From: a bacterium
GTDB taxonomy: Bacteria > UBA8248
NCBI GenBank assembly: GCA_965221165.1
Contig: CBDCRP010000002.1
Location: 1,312,001 to 1,376,000, forward strand
Direction: 5' to 3'
Length of the DNA stretch: 64,000 nucleotides
The notes beneath the pieces were generated by a model. The model did no database searches. It was not told the DNA's origin and was given only the letters and a program-made list of their open reading frames with translations. The position numbers and the translations under genes were made by a program. Below are positions 49,758 to 57,929 of this stretch, piece after piece. How positions within the stretch are numbered: position 1 is the first letter of the stretch; every line of letters starts with the position of its first letter.

Positions 49758-50891
49758 ATGAGCGAAAAACAGGCGGCGGTTGCTCCGGATTTTGCGGCTA
49801 TCCGAAACGAATTTCCCGTCACCCGGAATTGGACCTATCTGGACGTCGCCAACAAGGCTCCCCTTCCCAGGTGCGCCCAGGACGCCATTCCGGATTTCCT
49901 GCGAGAGATGAATGAACTCGGAGTTCGAGGGGCCTTTTCCAAGCTCCGTGTGGAAGAGATTCGCTCTTCGCTGGCTTCGCTCCTGGGCGTCTCGCCCCGG
50001 ACAATCGCGTTCATCAAGAATACTTCAGAGGGTTTGAACATCGCCGTACAGGCGCTGGATATCCAGGCGGGAGACAACGTCGTCCAGACTGAATTGGACC
50101 ACCCGAACCAGGTGTACGCCTGGAAGCGCCTCGAGGAAAGAGGCGTCGAACTGCGATGGGTGCGAAATCGGGACGGCCGCTTCCCGCCGGAGGCGTTCTT
50201 AGAACTGCTGGATGAGAGAACGCGCGTCGTGGCGGTCTCCTACGTGATTTTCGGTACCGGCTGCCGAATAGACTTGCCCGCCCTGAGCGCGGCCTGCCGC
50301 GAGCGCGGGATTCTTTTGATGACGGATGCGATTCAGGGAATCGGGATCCTCGCAGCATCATTGCCGACCCTCGGGGCGGATATCGTGGTCTGCGGCGGGC
50401 ACAAGGGATTGCTCGGTCTGCCCGGCACGGGTTTTCTCTATTGCCGCGAAGACCTGATTCCCGGGATGAAGCCCCCTTTCTTCGCCCGCGCCAGCATGGT
50501 TCGCGAAGTGCTCGCCCGGATGGAGGTCGGGCTGGCCCCGGACGCCCACCGGTTCGAGATCGGAAATCCCAATTATCTGGGTCTGTGGGTCCTTGGCCGC
50601 TCGGTCGAGTTCCTGGCAGGGGTGGGGCTTGAGCACATCGAGGAGCGTGTAAGGCAGTTGACCACTCATTTGATGGAGCTGCTGGAGAGCCGGGGGAAGA
50701 AGATTCTGACTCCTCGTTCCTGGGAGGAGCGCGCCGCCATTGTGAGCATCGAGTCGCCCGATCCCAGGAAGACGGCGGAGTTTCTGCGTGAGAACAGAAT
50801 CATCGCCAGCGCCCGCGACAGCGCCCTTCGTTTTGCGCCGCATTTTTATAATACCGAAGAAGAACTGGAGCGGGTGGTCAGTTTGCTTTGA
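49758..50891 (+). CDS. Class V PLP-dependent enzyme (C-S lyase / EgtE / kynureninase-like), no NifS catalytic Cys
   Basis: YLDVAN, KNTSEGLN, DAIQGIG, GGHKGLLG (PLP Lys), RFEIGNPN, LRFAPHFYN. Confidence 0.85.
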   Translation: MSEKQAAVAPDFAAIRNEFPVTRNWTYLDVANKAPLPRCAQDAIPDFLREMNELGVRGAFSKLRVEEIRSSLASLLGVSPRTIAFIKNTSEGLNIAVQALDIQAGDNVVQTELDHPNQVYAWKRLEERGVELRWVRNRDGRFPPEAFLELLDERTRVVAVSYVIFGTGCRIDLPALSAACRERGILLMTDAIQGIGILAASLPTLGADIVVCGGHKGLLGLPGTGFLYCREDLIPGMKPPFFARASMVREVLARMEVGLAPDAHRFEIGNPNYLGLWVLGRSVEFLAGVGLEHIEERVRQLTTHLMELLESRGKKILTPRSWEERAAIVSIESPDPRKTAEFLRENRIIASARDSALRFAPHFYNTEEELERVVSLL

Positions 50892-50980
50892 GGAAAGTTT
50901 ATCTATAGTGGCGTGCTGCGCCCTCCAAACCGGCTCCTTGACCTGACCTTGATATCGTTTCGTGCCGTATGAAAATTTTC

Positions 50981-51045
50981 GGTTGGAGAAAGCGACCGCA
51001 ACCATCGGACGCGCGGTACGGCTGATCATGTTCAACTGCATGGGC
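50981..51045 (+). pseudogene. Short remnant of a paralogue of the UGSC-partner gene
   Basis: GWR(+2 nt)ATATIGRAVRLIMFNCMG aligns to GWRANATIGRAFRFILQNIGG in 41290-42345. Confidence 0.6.
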
Positions 51046-51132
51046 GACCTCGAAAACCGGGGCGCCACCGGGGGGCGGGTGGGAGGCTGATCCCGGCGTC
51101 CGGGAAAGAGACCGGCGACCGCTCACCCAAGC

Positions 51133-51232
51133 GAGCTTCGGCTCGCGCCGGAGATGCCCGTCGAGGTCCATATCCGGATCGCGGTTCAGCTATCTCGTGA
51201 AACCGCTCTCGGATTCCTTATCGAGAAATAGC
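51133..51232 (+). pseudogene. C-terminal remnant of a HlyD-type type I secretion adaptor
   Basis: LRLAPEMPVEVHIR / (frameshift) FSYLVKPLSDSLSR matches the HlyD tail pattern L.PGMPVEV.I...SYL.KPL.D. Confidence 0.55.
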
Positions 51233-51272
51233 TTTTCTTAAGCGCAGGCTCTCGTTCCAGAGAAAATTTCCC

Positions 51273-52085
51273 TCATCCGGCGGATTCGAAGCTCCGCTCC
51301 GTCGGGCCGACCGAACTGAGGCCGCAGCGCAGGGCTTCGAGGTTGAACGTCATCCAGGGAGGCACGTTCCCGATGTTGACGTCGGGACCGAATTCGGTGA
51401 TCAGGAATTTCTGCAGTTCATAGATGACGTTGTTCGTCACGCCTTCGATCCACCATCCGGGAAGTTCGAAGATGACCTTCTGCACGTCCATATGGTCGCG
51501 AACGGCATCGATAAGAGCCCTATCAATCTCTCCGCCGGGCATCAATTCAGCCGCTTCGAAAAGCACCACCGAAGAACCCGCATCCAGGCAGATATTCGCC
51601 TGGGAGATCAACTCCGCTATGTCCTGCTTGCCGGTCTTGGAGCCCACCTCACCGTGCACATCGAGGCCCGCGTCTACCGCCGAACGCACCATTCGCTCTC
51701 TCTCGTTGTCGGATAAGGAAACACAGTTGTCCGAAACCTCTATCGCCTCGACCCCGTATTCCGCCGCCGCCTCGAAATAGGGCTGAACCCCGCCCCAGCC
51801 CTGCGTGGCGAAAATGAATTCCAGAAACTGCCCGCCGATGAAGGGCTTGATATCGTGGCTTTTGAACAGTTCGAGCTTCTCGCGATAATAGTCCTCGAGA
51901 TAAAGGCGCGAAGTGCCCACCGCGATTTTGCCCAGGTCGATGAACGGACCGCTCATCCGAAGCAGCCCTTTCAAATACTCGATGGTTTCTCCCTTGTCGA
52001 TCATCATGGTGATCCCGCTGGTTCTGGGTTTTTCCATGCTCCGCTCTTGGGGGAGAGAAACGAAATCAAAGGCGAATCTGGCCAT
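51273..52085 (-). CDS. Phosphosulfolactate synthase (ComA)-family protein, divergent
   Basis: KPRTSGITMMIDKG, GTSRLY, IEVSD, GEVGSK, FGPDVNIGNV, LEALRCGL. Confidence 0.8.
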   Translation of the reverse strand: MARFAFDFVSLPQERSMEKPRTSGITMMIDKGETIEYLKGLLRMSGPFIDLGKIAVGTSRLYLEDYYREKLELFKSHDIKPFIGGQFLEFIFATQGWGGVQPYFEAAAEYGVEAIEVSDNCVSLSDNERERMVRSAVDAGLDVHGEVGSKTGKQDIAELISQANICLDAGSSVVLFEAAELMPGGEIDRALIDAVRDHMDVQKVIFELPGWWIEGVTNNVIYELQKFLITEFGPDVNIGNVPPWMTFNLEALRCGLSSVGPTERSFESAG

Positions 52086-52339
52086 TTTGAACTCCTTGTC
52101 CTTCTCGTATCCTTACTCGGGGTCAGGGTTCTCAGTAAATCGCATCAATCCCGCAGTTGCAAGGATGAAATGCGAGGGGGTTTATCAGTTCCCTCCATTC
52201 GATGATCAACCGCGTTTGATTAGGCTCAAGGCGCGCGCGCAAGTATAATGCGGCCACACTCCATGCACTTGCGGGCGAAGTCAGAGCCGGAGAACCCGCC
52301 CGAACAGGGACACCCCCAAGAACCCATGAAGGAGGAAAC

Positions 52340-53353
52340 ATGCCGGATTTCTCGAAACCCGTATTCATCGTCAGCGCTCCCCGCTCGGGATCGACCCTGT
52401 TCCGGCTCATCCTGGACGCCCACCCGCGCCTGGCGGTGCCCTCCCCCGCCTGGCTGTATGAAATGGTCTACCCCTATCTCTACAGCTATGGCGACCTCGC
52501 GAGACCTGAGAACCTCACGGCGCTCGCCGAGGACATCTTCGAAAGCCCCTTCATCCAAAACATGAAACTCGACATCACGCCCCAGGACCTGATTTCCGCG
52601 TCGGAAGAGCCTACTTTCCGCGGTCTTTATGATGCTCTTCACCGCCACTACGCCGAGAGCACGGGCAAGGAGCGATGGGGCGAGAAATCTCCCAGGAATT
52701 CATTCTGGATGGAGGAGATCAAACAGGATTTCGAGGATGCGCAATTCGTCCACATCGTGCGCGATGGACGCGACATGGCGATCGACATCGCCGATTCGCC
52801 CGAGATGCTGCCCGAGAACATATATTCGGGCGCCCACGTCTGGAAGGATTTCGCAGGAGCCGCGCACGCATCGGGGAAACGCCTGGGCGAGTCGGATTAC
52901 TACGTCATCCGGTATGAGGATTTGTGCGCAGAGCCTGAGAACGCGCTGAAAAAACTATGCGAATTCCTGAACGAGGACTTCGACGGACAAATGCTGAGCC
53001 ACCAGGAGACGGATTCCTCCAAAAGCTGGAGCGCCCTTCCCAATCATGTGAAGAGCGGGCGGCCCATCACCACGCAATACTGCGATATGTACAAAAAGCG
53101 CCTCCCGGCGGGCGACGTATCCGCGCTGGAAGAAGTGATGGGGGATTTGCTCGTCGAGTTCGGGTATCCGGTGGGTGAAAGCGCAGAACCCATCCCTCCC
53201 AAGCTCGCGGCCCAGTTGATGGAGAGCGAGATGATTTCCGCACCCCGCGTGATCGCCTACCGCAAATGGCATGCCGAAAGGCGCCGGGAGCGACTCGGAG
53301 AAGGCGTCTGGAAGCTCGAAGAGCGAGAATCTCTCTTACGCTCCCTTTGCTGA
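52340..53353 (+). CDS. Sulfotransferase family protein
   Basis: SAPRSGSTL (5'-PSB loop), WGEKSP, HIVRDGRD, RYEDLCAEPE. Confidence 0.88.
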   Translation: MPDFSKPVFIVSAPRSGSTLFRLILDAHPRLAVPSPAWLYEMVYPYLYSYGDLARPENLTALAEDIFESPFIQNMKLDITPQDLISASEEPTFRGLYDALHRHYAESTGKERWGEKSPRNSFWMEEIKQDFEDAQFVHIVRDGRDMAIDIADSPEMLPENIYSGAHVWKDFAGAAHASGKRLGESDYYVIRYEDLCAEPENALKKLCEFLNEDFDGQMLSHQETDSSKSWSALPNHVKSGRPITTQYCDMYKKRLPAGDVSALEEVMGDLLVEFGYPVGESAEPIPPKLAAQLMESEMISAPRVIAYRKWHAERRRERLGEGVWKLEERESLLRSLC

Positions 53354-53610
53354 TGATGGAGAGGCGACTTACGGCTCATCGAGACTTACCCGGGCGGGTG
53401 AGGCGCGCTTGTGCCGCCTTCGTGGATTCACTATGATGATGGCCATCCATATATTATTTGAGCCATGCGCCGTTTGAGGAAAATCGGCTTGCTCATTTTC
53501 TCTTTCGCTCGCGGCGCATCTCTCGCGGCGCGCAAAACCACCAGGAAAAAGGAGCCGAGTTCACGGGCTCGAAACGAAATCTGGGAAAACCTGCTCATGG
53601 AGGAAGCCTG

Positions 53611-54591
53611 ATGTCAAAGATCGTGAAATGCTTCATCATCTGTGGTGTTTTGGTATTGACGGGATTCCATTCTGCCCCGGCGCGGGCGGCCTATCCTGAA
53701 CGCGCCATCAACTACATCGTCGCCTACAGGGTCGGGGGCGGTTCCGACAGGACGTCGCGCGCTTTCGTTCCCTTCCTGGAGAAACATTTAGGACCAGGGG
53801 CCAAGATCGCCATCATCAACAAGCCCGGCGCGGGCGGCAACATCGGATTCAACGCGATAGCGAACGCCAAGCCCGACGGCTACACCATCGGCATGACGAA
53901 CTTCCCCCAAGCCATCGTCGGCCCCATCATGGGGAAGGTGAAATACACCATCAAGGACTTCGATTTTTTGGGCAACGTCAACAGGGGGCCGACGACGTTC
54001 GCCGTGCTCAAGACGAGCAAGTACAAATCCTTAAGCGACCTCATGGCTGACGCCAAGAAGAACCCCGGTAAAATCTCGATAGGCGTAGCGGCGCTCAGCA
54101 GCGTCCACAGCATCGGAACCAGCAAGTTCATGGTCAAGACGGGACTCAAACTGAACAAGGTGCCCTTCGGCGGCGGCGGCCCCGCGCGCAACGCCTTGCT
54201 GGGCGGCCACGTTCCGACCCTGGCGATATCGCTCTCGGCCATCGCCAAGTTCAAGGACAAGGTGCGCATCATCGCCCAGGCGTCGCCCAAGCGAGTGGCC
54301 ATCGGCTCCTGGATTCCGACGTTCAAGGAGCTAGGCGTGGACATCACCAACTTCGTCTATCGTCCCGTGGCCGCTCCCAAGGGGGTGCCGGCGTCGATTC
54401 TGGCGAAGCTGCGCGCCGCCTTCAAAAAGGCGATTGCGGACCCGGGATTCCTGAAAGTGGCGAAGAAGCAAAAAATTGCGGTGGAATACACGAGCGGGCA
54501 GGAGATGGCGAAAGTCGCAGGCGCTTCTCACATGGCCCACGAGATGCTCTGGAAGACGAATCCCTGGATGAAGAAGAAAAAGAAGAAATAA
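53611..54591 (+). CDS. Tripartite tricarboxylate transporter substrate-binding protein (TctC/Bug)
   Basis: Signal peptide, AYPER, GGGSD, NKPGAGGNIG, KPDGYTI, LLGGHV, APKGVP. Confidence 0.92.
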   Translation: MSKIVKCFIICGVLVLTGFHSAPARAAYPERAINYIVAYRVGGGSDRTSRAFVPFLEKHLGPGAKIAIINKPGAGGNIGFNAIANAKPDGYTIGMTNFPQAIVGPIMGKVKYTIKDFDFLGNVNRGPTTFAVLKTSKYKSLSDLMADAKKNPGKISIGVAALSSVHSIGTSKFMVKTGLKLNKVPFGGGGPARNALLGGHVPTLAISLSAIAKFKDKVRIIAQASPKRVAIGSWIPTFKELGVDITNFVYRPVAAPKGVPASILAKLRAAFKKAIADPGFLKVAKKQKIAVEYTSGQEMAKVAGASHMAHEMLWKTNPWMKKKKKK

Positions 54592-54683
54592 AAACAATCC
54601 GGGTTTTCGCCTGAACGTCGACGTAGAATCACAAGCAACCTGGGGGTGGGATCTGCTATTGCGCCTCGGGCCGGGTGGAGCGT

Positions 54684-55466
54684 ATGCCGCATATCAACGT
54701 ATCGGGAGTCGACCTCCACTACGTCGACGAGGGCGAGGGAAAACCCGTGTTTTTTCTTCACGGAAATGCGGGTTCGGGCCGCGTGTGGCGTAAAATCACG
54801 CCCGGGTTCAAGAAGCGCTACCGCGCCATCGCGCACGACCACCAGGGGTTCGGCGAATCGGAAAAGAACGAAACCGGCGATTTCTCCCCGCGCGGATTCG
54901 CAGGTGAGTTGGCGCGCCTCATGGATGCGCTCGGGGTCGAGAAGGCCCACGTCTGCGGGCTTTCCATGGGAGGCATGATCGCCCAGTGCTTCGCCCTGGA
55001 TTATCCCGAGCGGGTCGATGGACTGATTCTCGTGGGGACCATGCCCGACCGAACGGGGCGGAACGTCCCTGAAACGCTGGCCGAACTGGAGCGAGACGGG
55101 TGGCCCGCCGTTGCGGAGCGCCTCATTCACCATTGGTTTCGCCCGGGCAGCGATGAGGCGGACATAGCGGAAGCGTATGAAATCGCCCTGCAATCGCCGC
55201 AAAAAATGCGCGAACTCACGGTCACCGCGCTCGGGACGTTCGACATCAAGGCGGAACTCCCCGGCATCAAGGCCCCGACTCTCATCCTGAACGGCGAGGC
55301 GGACGTCACCAACGTGATGACGCACTCTGAAATCATGAACGAGGGGATCCCGGGCTCGCGCCTGCTCAGGATTCCAGACTGCGGACACCTGATCCCGATT
55401 GAAAGACCCGAGGCCTTTTGCCGACACACGCTCGGGTTCCTGGCGGAGGTGGACGCCGCGCCTTAA
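54684..55466 (+). CDS. Alpha/beta hydrolase (PcaD/RutD-like)
   Basis: FLHG, GFGES, GLSMGG, GEAD, CGH. Confidence 0.88.
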   Translation: MPHINVSGVDLHYVDEGEGKPVFFLHGNAGSGRVWRKITPGFKKRYRAIAHDHQGFGESEKNETGDFSPRGFAGELARLMDALGVEKAHVCGLSMGGMIAQCFALDYPERVDGLILVGTMPDRTGRNVPETLAELERDGWPAVAERLIHHWFRPGSDEADIAEAYEIALQSPQKMRELTVTALGTFDIKAELPGIKAPTLILNGEADVTNVMTHSEIMNEGIPGSRLLRIPDCGHLIPIERPEAFCRHTLGFLAEVDAAP

Positions 55467-55537
55467 AAGAAACGGGGCGCTCTGTAATTTCGTCTTCGTT
55501 CAGGTCGTCCCTGGCTATGCTCGCGGGGGAAGCGCAA

Positions 55538-55978
55538 GTGCTCAAAAACCATGACAGAATCGCCTCGGTCATCTTCTTCGTCGTGACGACTTTTCTCTTT
55601 ATCCACGCCGATAGTTTCCCCGAGGAAGCGGCCTTCTATCCGCGGATGGTCATCGGATTGATGATCGTCCTATCCGTCCTGATGTTCGTGAAGTCCTGGC
55701 TGAAATCCGGGCGGAGCCAGAAGTTCGAGCCGTTCTTCATTCACCACAAGCGGTTCGTTCTGAGCGCCCTCATGGCTCTGGGCTACATCGCCGGCGTTCA
55801 GTATCTCGGCTATTACAGCGCCTCGTTGATCTTCATTCCCGCAGCGGCGTGGGCGCTGGGCTACCGGAACAGGCTCGTCATGGCGGGCACCACGGTTTGT
55901 TATCTCCTTTTCATCTTCGTGGTTTTCGACCAGCTCTTCGATCGCCCGCTCACGCAGGAATTTTTCCTGCGTCACTAA
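55538..55978 (+). CDS. TctB family small permease
   Basis: Four-five TM helices, AFYPR, LGYYSAS, VVFDQLFDRPL; directly upstream of TctA. Confidence 0.8.
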   Translation: MLKNHDRIASVIFFVVTTFLFIHADSFPEEAAFYPRMVIGLMIVLSVLMFVKSWLKSGRSQKFEPFFIHHKRFVLSALMALGYIAGVQYLGYYSASLIFIPAAAWALGYRNRLVMAGTTVCYLLFIFVVFDQLFDRPLTQEFFLRH

Positions 55979-56046
55979 GGAGGAGTGAGAAACATCGTGC
56001 CCGGACACCGATTTCATCCCACACGCCAAGCCCCGGGAATGAAACC

Positions 56047-57573
56047 TTGATCGAGCCTTTCTACAATTCCCTCTGGGTTATCCTCGAGTGGCAGAACATT
56101 CTCGCCATGGTCGTGGGGGTGATCGGCGGCATCATTTTCGGCGCCATTCCGGGCCTGACCGCGACGATGGGCATCGCTCTCTTGATCCCCCTCACCTTCG
56201 GCATGTCGCCGCTCATGGCGCTGGGGATGATGGCCGGAATCCACAACGGCGGCTCATACGGCGGCGCCATACCCGCCGTCTTGCTGCGCATTCCGGGCAC
56301 GCCGGGCGCCATCGCCACCACTTTCGACGGCTACCCGATGGCCCAGCAGGGTCTCGCCGAACGGGCGCTCAAGATCGCCTGCGTCTCCTCGGCGGTGGGA
56401 GGCATGGTGAGCGCCGTATCCTTGATGACGCTCTCCCCGCCCCTCGCGGAATTCGCCTTGGCCTTCGGCCCGCCGGAAATTTTCTGGATCAGCCTGTTCG
56501 GTCTTTCCAGCATCGCCGTGCTGCTGGGCTCAGACCCCATCAAGGGCCTCATGGCGTCGTGCATCGGGCTGCTCCTAGGGATGGTGGGCCTCGACCACGT
56601 GACCGGGTATGAGCGCTTCACGTTCGATACGCTTGAGCTCTCAGGCGGCCTGCAACTCATCGTCATCATGGTCGGCGTGTATGCGCTGCCGCCTGCGTTT
56701 CAGATGGCCGAGCGCGCGATCATGACCGGCGTCAAATCCAAAGACCTCGAATTCGAGGGCAAATCGGACATGGCGAACTGGCCGTGGGCGCAAATTTTCC
56801 CCGCGTGGGTCCGCGCGAACGTCATCGGGATAATCATCGGGATTCTTCCGGGAGTCGGGGGAGTCGTCGGCGCCTTCGTCGCATATAACGAAACCAAACG
56901 CTCATCGAAAGATCCCGATAGCTTCGGGAAGGGAAACCCGGTGGGCGTCGCCGTGGCCGAATGCGCCAACAACGCGGACAACGCGGCCGCCATGATCCCC
57001 GCACTCACGCTGGGGGTCCCCGGCAGCGGGCTGGCCGCCCTCATACTGGCCGGCCTGCTCATCCACGGACTCGAACCGGGCCCGCGCCTGTTCAAGGAAG
57101 CGCCCGACGTGGTGTACGGCTATATGTGGGCGATGCTGTTCACCTCCGCGTCCTTGTTCGTGTTCGGCGGCATCATCGCGACGAAGCTGTTCGCCAACAT
57201 CCTGCGGCTGGCGCAGGTGCAGTTGATGCCGCTCATCATCGCGCTGACGGTGGTGGGGGTCTATTCGTTCGAGAACAGCATCTTCAACGTGTACCTGATG
57301 CTGGGGTTCAGTCTTTTCGGCTATGCGCTCGAAAGACTGAAGTTTCCCATCGCCCCCTTGATTCTCGGCCTCATCCTGGGGCCGAAAGTCGAGTTCAACC
57401 TCAGGGTTTCGCTTCGATTGTCGCAGGACGACTGGTCGATCCTGTGGACCCGGCCGATCAGTATCGCCCTCATCGTGTTGACCGCTCTCGTCCTCGCGTA
57501 TCCGATGATTTCCGCCCTTTTACGCAAGCGCAAAGACGAGCCCGAAGAGGCGTTCGCCTTAGGAGAAGAGTAA
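56047..57573 (+). CDS. TctA family large permease
   Basis: GAIPGL, YGGAIPAVLLRIPGTP, DGYPMAQQG, ECANNA, LTLGVPGS, LILGLILG. TTG start inferred. Confidence 0.92.
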   Translation: MIEPFYNSLWVILEWQNILAMVVGVIGGIIFGAIPGLTATMGIALLIPLTFGMSPLMALGMMAGIHNGGSYGGAIPAVLLRIPGTPGAIATTFDGYPMAQQGLAERALKIACVSSAVGGMVSAVSLMTLSPPLAEFALAFGPPEIFWISLFGLSSIAVLLGSDPIKGLMASCIGLLLGMVGLDHVTGYERFTFDTLELSGGLQLIVIMVGVYALPPAFQMAERAIMTGVKSKDLEFEGKSDMANWPWAQIFPAWVRANVIGIIIGILPGVGGVVGAFVAYNETKRSSKDPDSFGKGNPVGVAVAECANNADNAAAMIPALTLGVPGSGLAALILAGLLIHGLEPGPRLFKEAPDVVYGYMWAMLFTSASLFVFGGIIATKLFANILRLAQVQLMPLIIALTVVGVYSFENSIFNVYLMLGFSLFGYALERLKFPIAPLILGLILGPKVEFNLRVSLRLSQDDWSILWTRPISIALIVLTALVLAYPMISALLRKRKDEPEEAFALGEE

Positions 57574-57929
57574 TCCGGCCGCCCGGCCCTCAAAGTTCAC
57601 CGAAACGATACAGGCTTGACCCGAAAAATGTTTGTTTGTATACCACCTACATAGCCTCTCATTTTCAGAGCGACTGTGTCCTTTTCAGATTTTGGGAAGG
57701 ATGAACCACCAAAGGCGGGGATTTCCCCCGGCGTCTCTTAGTTCCGTGGAGGAATACGAAAGACCAGATCCATATCTTCCCAGATTGCACGAATACTTCA
57801 TCACCCCACGGGAAACGATGATTCGAGGAATTGCACAAGATAGGGACTTTGAAAATTTTCGAATGCCGATAAAAGGAATGCCCGGATTCCTTTTCGGATG
57901 AAAATACGGACAATCCAGAGGCGGAGCCG

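Noticed and set aside
49758-50891. Cysteine desulfurase / selenocysteine lyase assignment
   Set aside because: No catalytic Cys loop near the C-terminus (ASARDSALRF).
57632-57913. Short ORFs between tctA and the TRAP permease
   Set aside because: No RBS or family motif I can recognise; possibly another gene scrap but unsupported.
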